64,000 nt of DNA from Candidatus Fimenecus sp. (GTDB lineage Bacteria > Bacillota > Clostridia > Oscillospirales > Acutalibacteraceae). Shown here in pieces: positions 1 to 8,876 of this stretch. Both the position numbers and the translations under genes were made by a program. Position 1 is the first letter of the stretch. Every line of letters starts with the position of its first letter. The notes under the pieces are model-generated. The model saw only the letters and a program-made list of their open reading frames with translations, was not told where the DNA came from and did no database searches. The stretch lies in NCBI GenBank assembly GCA_045633505.1, contig JAZQYK010000061.1:1213-65212 (forward strand), in the 5' to 3' direction.

Positions 1-96
1 TGGCACTATTTATAGTTAACGAATTAACAATTTCTATTGTAAGGAAAAAATAATTGTTTAAGAAGTGCACATACTAATCTTAAGGACGTGATTACT

Positions 97-1068
97 ATGT
101 GTACTTCAATTTCTTTTACAACAAAAGACCATTATTTTGGCAGAAATCTTGATTTGGAATATTCTTATGACGAAAAGGTTATAATTACTCCAAGAAATTA
201 TCCATTTAAATTCAGACTTGGTAGTGAATCAAATGAACATTATGCAATTATAGGAATTGGAACGGTTGACGATAATTTCCCATTATATTATGAGGCCACA
301 AATGAAAAAGGACTTTCTATGGCTGGACTGAATTTCCCTGTAAGTGCTTTTTATGAAGAACCGGTAAAAGAAAAAAATAATATCGGTGTTTTTGAATTGA
401 TTCCGTGGATTCTTGGTAAATGTTCTTCCGTTGACCAAGCAAGAGAACTATTAATGGACACTAATATCGTTTCAATGGATTTTAATGAAAAATATAAAAC
501 TGCAGAACTTCATTGGATGATTTCAGACAGGGATTATTCAATAACCGTTGAATGTGTTCAGGATGGCTTGAAAGTTTATTATAATCCCGTTCATGTTTTA
601 ACTAATAATCCTGAATTCCCTATGCAAGTATTCAATCTTAATAACTATATGAATCTTACTCGTGAAGAGCCGGAAACAAGATTTGCAGAAGGATTTGACT
701 TTAATAAATATAGTAGGGGAATGGGAGCATTGGGGCTTCCTGGCGATAATTCGTCAATGTCACGATTTGTACGTGCAGTATTTACGCGACTTAATTCTGT
801 TTGTGGTGAAAGCGAAAATGCAAGCATAAGCCAATTCTTTCACATTCTCGGTACAGTTTCACAGACAAGGGGGACTGTCAGAGCAGGTGACAGTTTTACG
901 ACCACAATCTATACTTCTTGTTGTAATACTGATAAGGGCGTTTACTACTATACAACTTATGAAAATAATCAGATTACTGCAGTTAATATGTACAACGAAA
1001 ATCTTGACACAAACGAACTTGTGATATATAATCTTGTCACTGAACAACAGATTAATTATCAAAATTAA
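97..1068 (+). CDS. Choloylglycine hydrolase family protein (Ntn linear-amide C-N hydrolase; bile-salt hydrolase / penicillin V acylase-like)
   Basis: Lies in ORF 88..1068. The ATG at 97 gives Met-Cys (MCTSISF..), which supplies the N-terminal nucleophile Cys of this family. FGRNLD and NEKGLSMAGLNFP motifs follow. Confidence 0.8.
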   Translation: MCTSISFTTKDHYFGRNLDLEYSYDEKVIITPRNYPFKFRLGSESNEHYAIIGIGTVDDNFPLYYEATNEKGLSMAGLNFPVSAFYEEPVKEKNNIGVFELIPWILGKCSSVDQARELLMDTNIVSMDFNEKYKTAELHWMISDRDYSITVECVQDGLKVYYNPVHVLTNNPEFPMQVFNLNNYMNLTREEPETRFAEGFDFNKYSRGMGALGLPGDNSSMSRFVRAVFTRLNSVCGESENASISQFFHILGTVSQTRGTVRAGDSFTTTIYTSCCNTDKGVYYYTTYENNQITAVNMYNENLDTNELVIYNLVTEQQINYQN

Positions 1069-1103
1069 ATACTTTTACTGCCACCGGGTAGTGTGATGCA
1101 AAA

Positions 1104-1161
1104 GCATCCGTTTCATATATCGTTAGGTCTTTGAAGATATATGTGCGGATGTTATTTTTTT
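1104..1161 (+). terminator. Long hairpin plus T-run directly abutting the pnuC RBS (terminator of the upstream gene and/or attenuator for pnuC)
   Basis: catccg..catatat (1105-1120) pairs with atatatg..cggatg (1137-1151), followed by ttattttttt. GGAGG at 1163 and the ATG at 1171 come immediately after. A competing small hairpin gatgc-aaaa-gcatc (1095-1108) overlaps the 5' arm. Confidence 0.5.
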
Positions 1162-1170
1162 GGAGGTTTT

Positions 1171-1860
1171 ATGAAAGAACTTATAAATTATTTTACAAAA
1201 TTTGAAATAGCACTGTGGAGTTGCTCAATACTTGCAATTTTGTTGTCGTTCTGCCTTTTTGACAAGGAAAATTACTTGACGCTTATAGCCTCAGTTATCG
1301 GTGCAACTTTTCTTATTTTTAATGCAAAAGGTAATCCAATCGGTCAATTTTTGACAATTGTTTTCAGTATTCTTTACGGCATAATTTCTTATAGCTTTGC
1401 TTATTATGGCGAAATGATTACATATCTCGGAATGACCTTGCCAATGGCTTCGTTTGCTCTTGTTTCGTGGTTGAAAAATCCATATAACAATAACAAATCA
1501 GAGGTTAAAGTCAATAAACTGTCAAGGTTTGAAATTGCATTTATGCTTGTTTTGACCGTAATCGTAACCGTAATTTTCTATTTTATTTTAAAGTATTTCA
1601 ATACGGCTAATATTGTTCCAAGCACCGTTTCTGTAACAACAAGTTTTTTAGCGGTTTATCTTACCTTCAGACGAAGCCCGTATTTTGCTCTTGCTTATGC
1701 AATGAATGATTTAGTTTTAATTGTGCTGTGGATACTGGCGTCAATTAGCGATATTTCATATTTATCAGTTGTGGTTTGTTTTTTAGTTTTCTTTGTCAAT
1801 GATACGTATGGCTTTATTAGTTGGAAACAAATAGAAAAACGACAAAAAGTTAATATGTAA
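1171..1860 (+). CDS. pnuC: Nicotinamide riboside transporter PnuC family membrane protein
   Basis: Lies in ORF 1141..1860. The start is moved to the ATG at 1171, behind GGAGG. The protein is multi-pass hydrophobic with a PnuC-like central WLKNPY segment and C-terminal VNDTYGFISW. Confidence 0.7.
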   Translation: MKELINYFTKFEIALWSCSILAILLSFCLFDKENYLTLIASVIGATFLIFNAKGNPIGQFLTIVFSILYGIISYSFAYYGEMITYLGMTLPMASFALVSWLKNPYNNNKSEVKVNKLSRFEIAFMLVLTVIVTVIFYFILKYFNTANIVPSTVSVTTSFLAVYLTFRRSPYFALAYAMNDLVLIVLWILASISDISYLSVVVCFLVFFVNDTYGFISWKQIEKRQKVNM

Positions 1861-1864
1861 ATAC

Positions 1865-1906
1865 AAGGCTGATGTTAAAAGTATAACATCAGCCTTATGA
1901 TTTTTT
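1865..1906 (+). terminator. Rho-independent terminator after pnuC
   Basis: A 13-bp perfect stem aaggctgatgtta / taacatcagcctt is followed by a T-run. It overlaps the stop of the convergent gene. Confidence 0.7.
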
Positions 1907-2186
1907 AACCAAGAATATCGCGGACACCGTCGCCAACACCTTGACCGATATCAGATGCGGCTTCGCCTACACCGTCAGCAACGTCACCTAAGGCATCACC
2001 TGCATCACTGACACCGTTACTTACGTCATTACCAACGTTGTTATCCATCGTAGTAGTTGTAGAGCTGTTGTTAGTGGTGCTTGTGTTAGTATCACTTACT
2101 TTACCGTCGTCTGTTTTAGTACAGCCTACAAGGAAAACACATAACAAAGCCGCAACCATAACCATAATTATTGCTGTCTTTTTCAA
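1905..2186 (-). CDS. Small putative lipoprotein with low-complexity T/N/S and G-D-V rich mature region
   Basis: Signal peptide with lipobox (..CVFLVGC TK). An RBS (aaaggaggga) lies upstream on the minus strand. No recognisable domain. Confidence 0.55.
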   Translation of the reverse strand: MKKTAIIMVMVAALLCVFLVGCTKTDDGKVSDTNTSTTNNSSTTTTMDNNVGNDVSNGVSDAGDALGDVADGVGEAASDIGQGVGDGVRDILG

Positions 2187-2242
2187 AATAATCCCTCCTT
2201 TAAAGTGGTGTTAATATTATTTGCCTTAATTTTGCAAATATA

Positions 2243-3598
2243 CTATTTTGTAAGAACTCCGTTGTCACTGTAAAGTAAAATCAAAATATCCTTTTCTTCT
2301 GCGGTTGTACAGTCGATATAGACCAAAAGTTCTTGTCCGTTTTGAGCCTTACAATGAACCTCATAACAATATTGTTCAGCTTCCCAATCTGTCGGAATAA
2401 TACTGAGTTGTACGCCGATTACTTCAAGACTTGGGCTGACAGAGTTCGTTGCGGCTTCTTTGCTGATGCTGGGTTCAGCAATCGACCTGTCGTGATGATT
2501 ATAAATATATCCCGTGGCATCAAAAGATAAAACGTCACCGGTTTCAAGACTGACACCAACCTTGATTAAATCAGGATAAATTACGGTTTCATTTTGCTTA
2601 TATGAAAAATTAACCGTGCAAATACCGTCTTCGGTAAAGTAATAGGTTTCAGTCATATTTTCAAACCCGATTTCATCAAGAAATTCCTTCGCATTTCTTA
2701 CTGCTTCATCGGGATTTATTTCAATTTCACCCACAAATTTTGAGTTTAGCATATATAAAGGCTTTCCGCCGTTTTTCGTTATTGCAACGGTACAGTTATT
2801 GCTTTTAAAAACATAACAGGGGATGTTGCCGTCTTCGTCGTAAGCATATTCTAATGACTCGGTTTCGTTTGAATTACAAACACTTTTTGCAATTTCAAAA
2901 GCGTCTTCCTTTTTGATTTGTTCCAAGTTTTTTAAAATTTCAGGTTCACCTTGCTCAATATGGTCCGAGAACGGCCCGTCATAAATAAGGGACGGCAAAT
3001 CAGAAAGTGATTGCTCAACGTCGTCAAGACTGCTGTTTATCGTAATATAATTGCCGTTGTCCAACAGCGACGATTCGTAATCATTAAAAGAAAGTGTGCC
3101 GTTTTCAAGCCCGTAACACATATCACTTATCAGTTGGTTTAATTCCTTGCTGTATTCATATAGCTTTATCAGTTGTTGCCTTTCCTCTTCGGTAAGGCTT
3201 TCGCCGTTTGCACTTTTTCTGCTTAACGACATAACAAGCTCACCGACCTGAGATAAGAATTTATAGGTGTTTGCAAGTTGTACGTCGCTTGTAGGCAGCA
3301 TTGATAAATTTGTTTTAGCTCCCGAAGTTTCTCTCCACAATTCTGTTGCTAATTTTGAAAGCATTGGCGTAGTGTTTGAATAAGTCAGCTTTTCAAGGTT
3401 TGTGGAAATACTGTTTAAACTTTCATCAAGAGAAATTAGGGCAAGTTGGTTGTGCGCGTTTAATTCCCGTTCAAGTCTGTTTGATTTTACGGCTTGAACA
3501 ATCGAGAATATTCCAAGCACGAAAATGATTGTAGTAATATATAGAATTATTCTGATTTTTCCGCGGTTGGATATAGCAGATTTTTCCATTTTCAGCAC
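2243..3598 (-). CDS. ypeB: Germination protein YpeB-like (N-terminal anchor, PepSY-type C-terminal region)
   Basis: 451 aa with one N-terminal TM segment. The N-terminal region resembles B. subtilis YpeB (..ELWRETSGAKTNLSMLPT.., ..LTEEERQQLIKLYEYSKELNQ..). Length and architecture match. Confidence 0.65.
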   Translation of the reverse strand: MLKMEKSAISNRGKIRIILYITTIIFVLGIFSIVQAVKSNRLERELNAHNQLALISLDESLNSISTNLEKLTYSNTTPMLSKLATELWRETSGAKTNLSMLPTSDVQLANTYKFLSQVGELVMSLSRKSANGESLTEEERQQLIKLYEYSKELNQLISDMCYGLENGTLSFNDYESSLLDNGNYITINSSLDDVEQSLSDLPSLIYDGPFSDHIEQGEPEILKNLEQIKKEDAFEIAKSVCNSNETESLEYAYDEDGNIPCYVFKSNNCTVAITKNGGKPLYMLNSKFVGEIEINPDEAVRNAKEFLDEIGFENMTETYYFTEDGICTVNFSYKQNETVIYPDLIKVGVSLETGDVLSFDATGYIYNHHDRSIAEPSISKEAATNSVSPSLEVIGVQLSIIPTDWEAEQYCYEVHCKAQNGQELLVYIDCTTAEEKDILILLYSDNGVLTK

Positions 3599-3668
3599 TC
3601 CTTTTAAAATTTGAAATTATTGTTTACAAAAAATTCAAAAATATGTACGAAAAATCGTTAATTTCTGT

Positions 3669-3697
3669 TTGCCAAACGATAGTTTTTGTAGTATAAT
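3669..3697 (+). promoter_or_regulatory. Sigma-A type promoter candidate for the cysteine desulfurase-thiI cluster
   Basis: TTGCCA, a 17-nt spacer, then TATAAT, located about 40 nt upstream of the 3734 start. Confidence 0.45.
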
Positions 3698-3733
3698 TAA
3701 GCTGATATATTTTGAGAATGGGGGAGAAGTGTC

Positions 3734-4861
3734 ATGATGGTCTATCTTGATAACAGTGCAACGACAAAACCTTGTGAAAAAGCAGTGAAAAAAGCGCTTG
3801 AAATTATGACTGAAAACTTTGGAAATCCCTCATCGCTTCATTATTGCGGTTTTAATGCAAAGAAAGAGCTTGATAATGCAAGACGAACAATTTCAAACTT
3901 TCTTTCCTGTCAGGAAAACGAAGTTTTCTTTACTCCAAGCGGTACAGTTGCCAACCATACTGCAATTCTCGGAACTGCAAAGGCGCGTCGCCGTGAGGGT
4001 AATAAAATTATTACCACACTTCTTGAACATCCAAGTGTAATCAAACATTTTGAATCATTGGCTGAACAAGGCTTTGAGGTTGTTTATTTAAAACCTGATA
4101 TTAACGGAAAAATAAGTCTCGAAGAATTGTCAAATGCGGTGGATGAAAATACAATCCTCGTTAGTGTTATGGCGGTTAATAACGAGGTCGGCTCAATTCA
4201 GGATATCGAAAAAATCAAGGGCGTTATTAAAGACAATAAATCAAAAGCATATTTTCATTGTGATGCGGTTCAGGCTTTTGGAAAAATCACGTTGAAGCCG
4301 AAAAAACTCGGTATTGATTTGATGAGTATGAGCGCCCATAAAATTCACGGTGTCAAAGGTGCGGGAGCTCTGTATGTGAATAGCAGTATCCGCGTTTTAC
4401 CGAGTATAGTAGGTGGCGGTCAGGAAAACGGACTGATTTCAGGAACCGAAGCATTACCTGCAATTTGTGCATTTTCGGAAGCAGTTAACGATATTGGCAA
4501 CGTTCAAAAAAATCTTGCGATTGTTACCAAAACAAGAAATTATTTTCTTGATAAAATCAGCAAACTTGAAAAGGTTTACGTGAATTCACCCTTCGATGCT
4601 CTGCCTTATATAATCAATATATCCGTTGAAGGTGTGCCGTCTCAGGTAATGCTGAATTCTCTTTCTTCAATGGGAATTTGCGTTTCGGCGGGTTCGGCTT
4701 GTTCCAAAGGTCATCGAAGTGACGTGCTGACGGCTATGGGTGTTTCACCGAAAGGGATTGACAGCGCAATCCGTATCAGCCTTTCAAAAAACACAACCGA
4801 AAACGATATGGAAAAACTCTTTAATGGAATAACGGATACTATTAAACGTGTCAGGAGATAG
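3734..4861 (+). CDS. Cysteine desulfurase (class V aminotransferase, NifS/IscS family), partner of ThiI
   Basis: Contains the PLP-lysine motif SAHKIHGVKGAGALYV and the active-site loop SAGSACS. The next gene, thiI, follows after 2 nt. Confidence 0.88.
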   Translation: MMVYLDNSATTKPCEKAVKKALEIMTENFGNPSSLHYCGFNAKKELDNARRTISNFLSCQENEVFFTPSGTVANHTAILGTAKARRREGNKIITTLLEHPSVIKHFESLAEQGFEVVYLKPDINGKISLEELSNAVDENTILVSVMAVNNEVGSIQDIEKIKGVIKDNKSKAYFHCDAVQAFGKITLKPKKLGIDLMSMSAHKIHGVKGAGALYVNSSIRVLPSIVGGGQENGLISGTEALPAICAFSEAVNDIGNVQKNLAIVTKTRNYFLDKISKLEKVYVNSPFDALPYIINISVEGVPSQVMLNSLSSMGICVSAGSACSKGHRSDVLTAMGVSPKGIDSAIRISLSKNTTENDMEKLFNGITDTIKRVRR

Positions 4862-4863
4862 AA

Positions 4864-6036
4864 ATGAAAGAAATTATACTTATTAAGAACGGTGAATTAG
4901 CCCTTAAAGGTCTTAACCGTTCAACCTTTGAAGATATTTTAATAAAGAATATTCGCAAAAGAATTAAACCGCTTGGCGAGTTTGAATACAGAAAAGAGCA
5001 GTCAACTGTTGCGGTTGTGCCAATGGACGACTATATAGATATGGATGAAGTAAGCGACAGAATCGGCCGTGTTTTCGGTATTGCGGCTTATTCCCGTGCT
5101 TTACAAGTTGAAAAGGATATGAATAAAATCCTTGAAAACACTCCGTCATATTTGGCAGAACAGCTTAAAGCAGTTAAAACTTTTAAAGTGGAAGGTAAAC
5201 GTGCAGATAAAAAATTCCCGTTCAAATCTCCTGAAATTGCGGCTGAGGTTGGCGGTGCAATTCTCAGTAAATTCCCACACTTAAAGGTTGACGTTAAAAA
5301 TCCCGATATTCTCGTAACAATAGAAATCCGTGAAAAATTTGCTTTTATTCGCGGTAATCAAACGAAGGGTGCAGGCGGAATGCCAACGGGCACGGCAGGT
5401 AAGTCGGCAATCTTGATTTCAGGCGGAATTGACAGTCCCGTTGCCGCTTATATGATGGCAAAACGAGGACTTGTACTAAATGCAATACATTTTGCATCAC
5501 CGCCATATACGTCACCGCAGTCCGAAGAAAAGGTTCACAATCTTCTTCGTCAGGTTTCAAGATATTGCGGAAATATAACTCTTTTCACAGTTGGATTTAC
5601 AGAAATTCAGGAAGAAATCCGTGACAAATGCCCTGAAGAATTATTCACTTTGATTATGCGTCGCTTTATGATGCGAATTTCACAGCGTATTGCCCAGCGT
5701 GAAGACTGCAAAGCACTCATAACGGGCGAAAGTCTTGGTCAGGTTGCAAGTCAGACCCTTAACGCCCTTGCCTGTACTGACGCAGTAGTAAAAATGCCTG
5801 TTTTCAGACCTGTTATCGGTCTTGACAAAGAAGAAATTATAAAGATATCAAGACAAATTGACACTTTCAATATTTCAATTGAGCCTTATGAAGATTGTTG
5901 CACGGTGTTTACTCCGAAACATCCTAAAACAAAGCCTCAAATCTCAATTATAGAAAATGCCGAAAAAGCACTTGACGTTGAAGCATTGGTTGAGAGAGCT
6001 GTTGAAAATACAACTATTAAAAACATTTGCTTATAA
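4864..6036 (+). CDS. thiI: tRNA 4-thiouridine(8) synthase ThiI
   Basis: N-terminal ferredoxin-like/THUMP region, the PP-loop SGGIDSPVAAY, and a typical length of 390 aa. Confidence 0.9.
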   Translation: MKEIILIKNGELALKGLNRSTFEDILIKNIRKRIKPLGEFEYRKEQSTVAVVPMDDYIDMDEVSDRIGRVFGIAAYSRALQVEKDMNKILENTPSYLAEQLKAVKTFKVEGKRADKKFPFKSPEIAAEVGGAILSKFPHLKVDVKNPDILVTIEIREKFAFIRGNQTKGAGGMPTGTAGKSAILISGGIDSPVAAYMMAKRGLVLNAIHFASPPYTSPQSEEKVHNLLRQVSRYCGNITLFTVGFTEIQEEIRDKCPEELFTLIMRRFMMRISQRIAQREDCKALITGESLGQVASQTLNALACTDAVVKMPVFRPVIGLDKEEIIKISRQIDTFNISIEPYEDCCTVFTPKHPKTKPQISIIENAEKALDVEALVERAVENTTIKNICL

Positions 6037-6049
6037 GGTGACGGAAATA

Positions 6050-6529
6050 ATGACACTTGAAGAAAAAGTAGTTAAACTTCTTAATGAAAAGCAACTTGTA
6101 CTTGCCACAGCAGAATCTTGTACAGGCGGTTTGATTTCAAAAAGAATAACGGACGTCAGCGGTTCTTCAGCAGTTTTTAATTGCGGAATTGTAAGTTACA
6201 GTAACGAGATTAAAGAAAGCGTGCTTGGTGTAAGCCGCAAAACTCTTGAAACCTACGGCGCAGTCAGCGAAGAAACTGTTCGAGAAATGGTAAAAGGAGT
6301 GCTGAAGATTTCGGGGGCAGATATTGCCGTTTCGGTTTCCGGAATTGCAGGTCCGAATTCCGACAATACAAAAAAGCCTGTGGGAACTATTTGGTTAGCC
6401 GTTTCCAATGGCAAAAAAACTTATGTAAGACATTTACACAAAAACTTTACTGAGGACGTTAGAAATTCCAACAGAAATTATGCGTCCGACGTAGCGTTAA
6501 AATTGATTTTATTATTGGTAGGTGAATAA
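6050..6529 (+). CDS. pncC: Nicotinamide-nucleotide amidohydrolase PncC (CinA C-terminal domain only)
   Basis: Internal ATG at 6050 of ORF 5957..6529. Contains the motif LATAESCTGGLISKRITDVSGSS..GIVSYSNE. Confidence 0.8.
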   Translation: MTLEEKVVKLLNEKQLVLATAESCTGGLISKRITDVSGSSAVFNCGIVSYSNEIKESVLGVSRKTLETYGAVSEETVREMVKGVLKISGADIAVSVSGIAGPNSDNTKKPVGTIWLAVSNGKKTYVRHLHKNFTEDVRNSNRNYASDVALKLILLLVGE

Positions 6530-7469
6530 CTTGGCAAAAAAGCAGATGAACAAAAGCAAAATTGTGCTCCTCGTAATTTGTATAATCGTTTTTCTGTTGT
6601 CATCTGCATTTGTGCTTAAAAACGTTATTTCCGATATAAAAAATCAAAAAATGTATGATGACTTGTCAAATCTCGTTGTTGAAACAACGAATGAAGCTGA
6701 CGGCGAAGAGGTTACTCACGCGCCTGATTATTCCGCAGTAATAACCGAAAATGCAGATTTCGTTGGCTGGATAACAGTGCCGAATACATCAATCAATTAT
6801 CCTGTTTTGCAAACTGACGATAACGATTTTTATTTAACACACGGATTTTACAAAGCAAAGGATGCTCGTGGAGCAATTTTTATGGATTACAGAAATAATC
6901 CTGTTGACTTGGATGCCAATACAATAATTTATGGACATAACTGCTACAACACAACAATGTTTTCCGAACTTACAAAATTCGAAAAACTTGATTTTTATAA
7001 AACAACACCGATAATTGAATTCAATACGGTTGAAAGAAAATATCAATGGAAAATATATGGCGTTTTCATCACCAACGCCTTGCCCGAAGAGGATAACGGT
7101 TACGTGTTCAATTACATTTATCCCGATATGGACGGCGAAAACTTTGAAGGCTTTATTGAAGAAGTCAATAAGCGCAGACTTTACGTTACTGACGTTGATA
7201 TAAAAAGTGATGATAAAATGCTTGTGCTTTCAACCTGTGTGAGAAATCTTGATATTTATGAAAACGGCAGAAGAACTTATAAAGCCGACACCAGACTCGT
7301 CGTACTTGCCCGTGCCGTCAGAGACGGTGAATCTGCTGAGGTTAACGTGAACGGTGCTTACGTTAATACTGACCCGAAATATCCACAGTTGTGGTATGAC
7401 AAGAACAATAAATCAAATCCATATATAAATGACGAAAAATGGTATCCGAAGGAGGTAGTAACTGAATGA
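6522..7469 (+). CDS. srtB: Class B sortase (paralog 1)
   Basis: N-terminal TM anchor, FVGWI..NYPV.Q..DN.FYL, IIYGHN, and the catalytic-Cys motif LVLSTC. The start is uncertain (GTG 6522, TTG 6531 or ATG 6546). It overlaps the pncC stop. Confidence 0.75.
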   Translation: MNNLAKKQMNKSKIVLLVICIIVFLLSSAFVLKNVISDIKNQKMYDDLSNLVVETTNEADGEEVTHAPDYSAVITENADFVGWITVPNTSINYPVLQTDDNDFYLTHGFYKAKDARGAIFMDYRNNPVDLDANTIIYGHNCYNTTMFSELTKFEKLDFYKTTPIIEFNTVERKYQWKIYGVFITNALPEEDNGYVFNYIYPDMDGENFEGFIEEVNKRRLYVTDVDIKSDDKMLVLSTCVRNLDIYENGRRTYKADTRLVVLARAVRDGESAEVNVNGAYVNTDPKYPQLWYDKNNKSNPYINDEKWYPKEVVTE

Positions 7470-8824
7470 GCAATATTGATAAAAATGACGAAATACTCTC
7501 CTTTGAGGAACTTCGAAAAAAGCTTGGGATGGATGATGAACAAAAAAACAACAGAACTGATGATTTTTCAGCATTAACTGAAGAAATTAGACCCGATACT
7601 CAAGCGGAAACCGTTAATCCTGCAAAATCAGTTGAAAATTTTGCAAGTGAAATTGAAAAACAGCTTGATGCTCAGGTTGAGTCTGAAATACAAAATTCAA
7701 ACGAGCCGTCAACTGTGGTTGAAAACGGAAAAACCTTTGTTGATATAACTTCTCAGTATGTGAAGCCGCAAGAGACGGAGGCGACGCAAACCGAAATAGT
7801 CGTTGAAGAAGTGAAAGCAAAGAAAAAAGTAAGAACCTTTAATGAGATTTTTGCTGACTTTTTCCACAGTGTGTTGCCAAACAAAAAGGATAGCACAAAG
7901 GAAAAAATCCGAAAAATTATAATGGACGTTTCAATCCTCACCATAATCGGCTGTGTTATTGCATTTGGTGAGCTTTACCGTCAAAATCTTGAACAACTTG
8001 AAAAAGAAGAAGAAATCAAGTCCCATATCGTTGAAGTTGAAGAATATGAGGAAAATGAATACGTTGAGGCGTGGGAAGAACTTTTCGCGCAGTATCCTCA
8101 GATTAAATTCCCCGAGGGAATGAATCTTAAATATTCTTATCTCTACGCCTTGAATCAAGACCTTGTCGGTTGGTTGAGAATTGACGGAACAAACCTTGAC
8201 GTTCAGGTTGTTCAGGGGCCGGATAACGATTTCTATTTAAGAAAAGACTTTTACGGTGATTACAGCCGTTACGGTTGTCCTTATATGGATTACAAAAATG
8301 ACCCTAAATATCTTAATGATAATACAATTATCTACGGTCACCACATGACCGACGGCTTAATGTTTTCAAACCTTGATAAATACAAGACTTTGGAAGGCTA
8401 TAAAGAGTCACCGATAATTGAATATAATACTTTGTATGACACTTATTATTTTAAAGTGTTTGCCGCGTTTTATATTAACGCAACTCCTGCTGATGACAAT
8501 AATTACTTCTTTAATTTTATGATTACGGATTTTTCAACTGATGAAAGGTTTTCAAAATTCGTTGACGAATTGAAATTGAGAAGTGTTATTGATACGGGTG
8601 TGAGTGTGCAACCCGACGACAAGCTGTTAACACTTGTTACTTGCACTTATGATTTCAATGATGCAAGATTTGTCGTTGTGGGAAGAATGGTGCGTGAAAA
8701 TGAGGATGTAACGGTTGATACAAGCCTCGCAAAGCTCAACACTTCACCAAAATATCCACAGGCTTGGTATGATGCCAAGGGTTTAACGAACCCATACAAA
8801 GATGCACCTAAGTGGGATGAATAA
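7466..8824 (+). CDS. srtB: Class B sortase (paralog 2) with a ~160-aa acidic N-terminal extension before the TM anchor
   Basis: Its ATG overlaps the stop of paralog 1 (ATGA). Contains LVGWLRIDGTNLDV.VVQG.DNDFYL, IIYGHH and LLTLVTC. Confidence 0.75.
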   Translation: MSNIDKNDEILSFEELRKKLGMDDEQKNNRTDDFSALTEEIRPDTQAETVNPAKSVENFASEIEKQLDAQVESEIQNSNEPSTVVENGKTFVDITSQYVKPQETEATQTEIVVEEVKAKKKVRTFNEIFADFFHSVLPNKKDSTKEKIRKIIMDVSILTIIGCVIAFGELYRQNLEQLEKEEEIKSHIVEVEEYEENEYVEAWEELFAQYPQIKFPEGMNLKYSYLYALNQDLVGWLRIDGTNLDVQVVQGPDNDFYLRKDFYGDYSRYGCPYMDYKNDPKYLNDNTIIYGHHMTDGLMFSNLDKYKTLEGYKESPIIEYNTLYDTYYFKVFAAFYINATPADDNNYFFNFMITDFSTDERFSKFVDELKLRSVIDTGVSVQPDDKLLTLVTCTYDFNDARFVVVGRMVRENEDVTVDTSLAKLNTSPKYPQAWYDAKGLTNPYKDAPKWDE

Positions 8825-8876
8825 TTCAGTTAATAATTTATGTTTTATATAGGGTAAAAAGAGAGGTTTTAAAATT

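Noticed and set aside
5957-6049. 5' extension of the pncC ORF overlapping thiI
   Set aside because: The CinA C-terminal domain homology starts at the ATG at 6050 (MTLEEK..). The extension overlaps the conserved thiI C-terminus in another frame.
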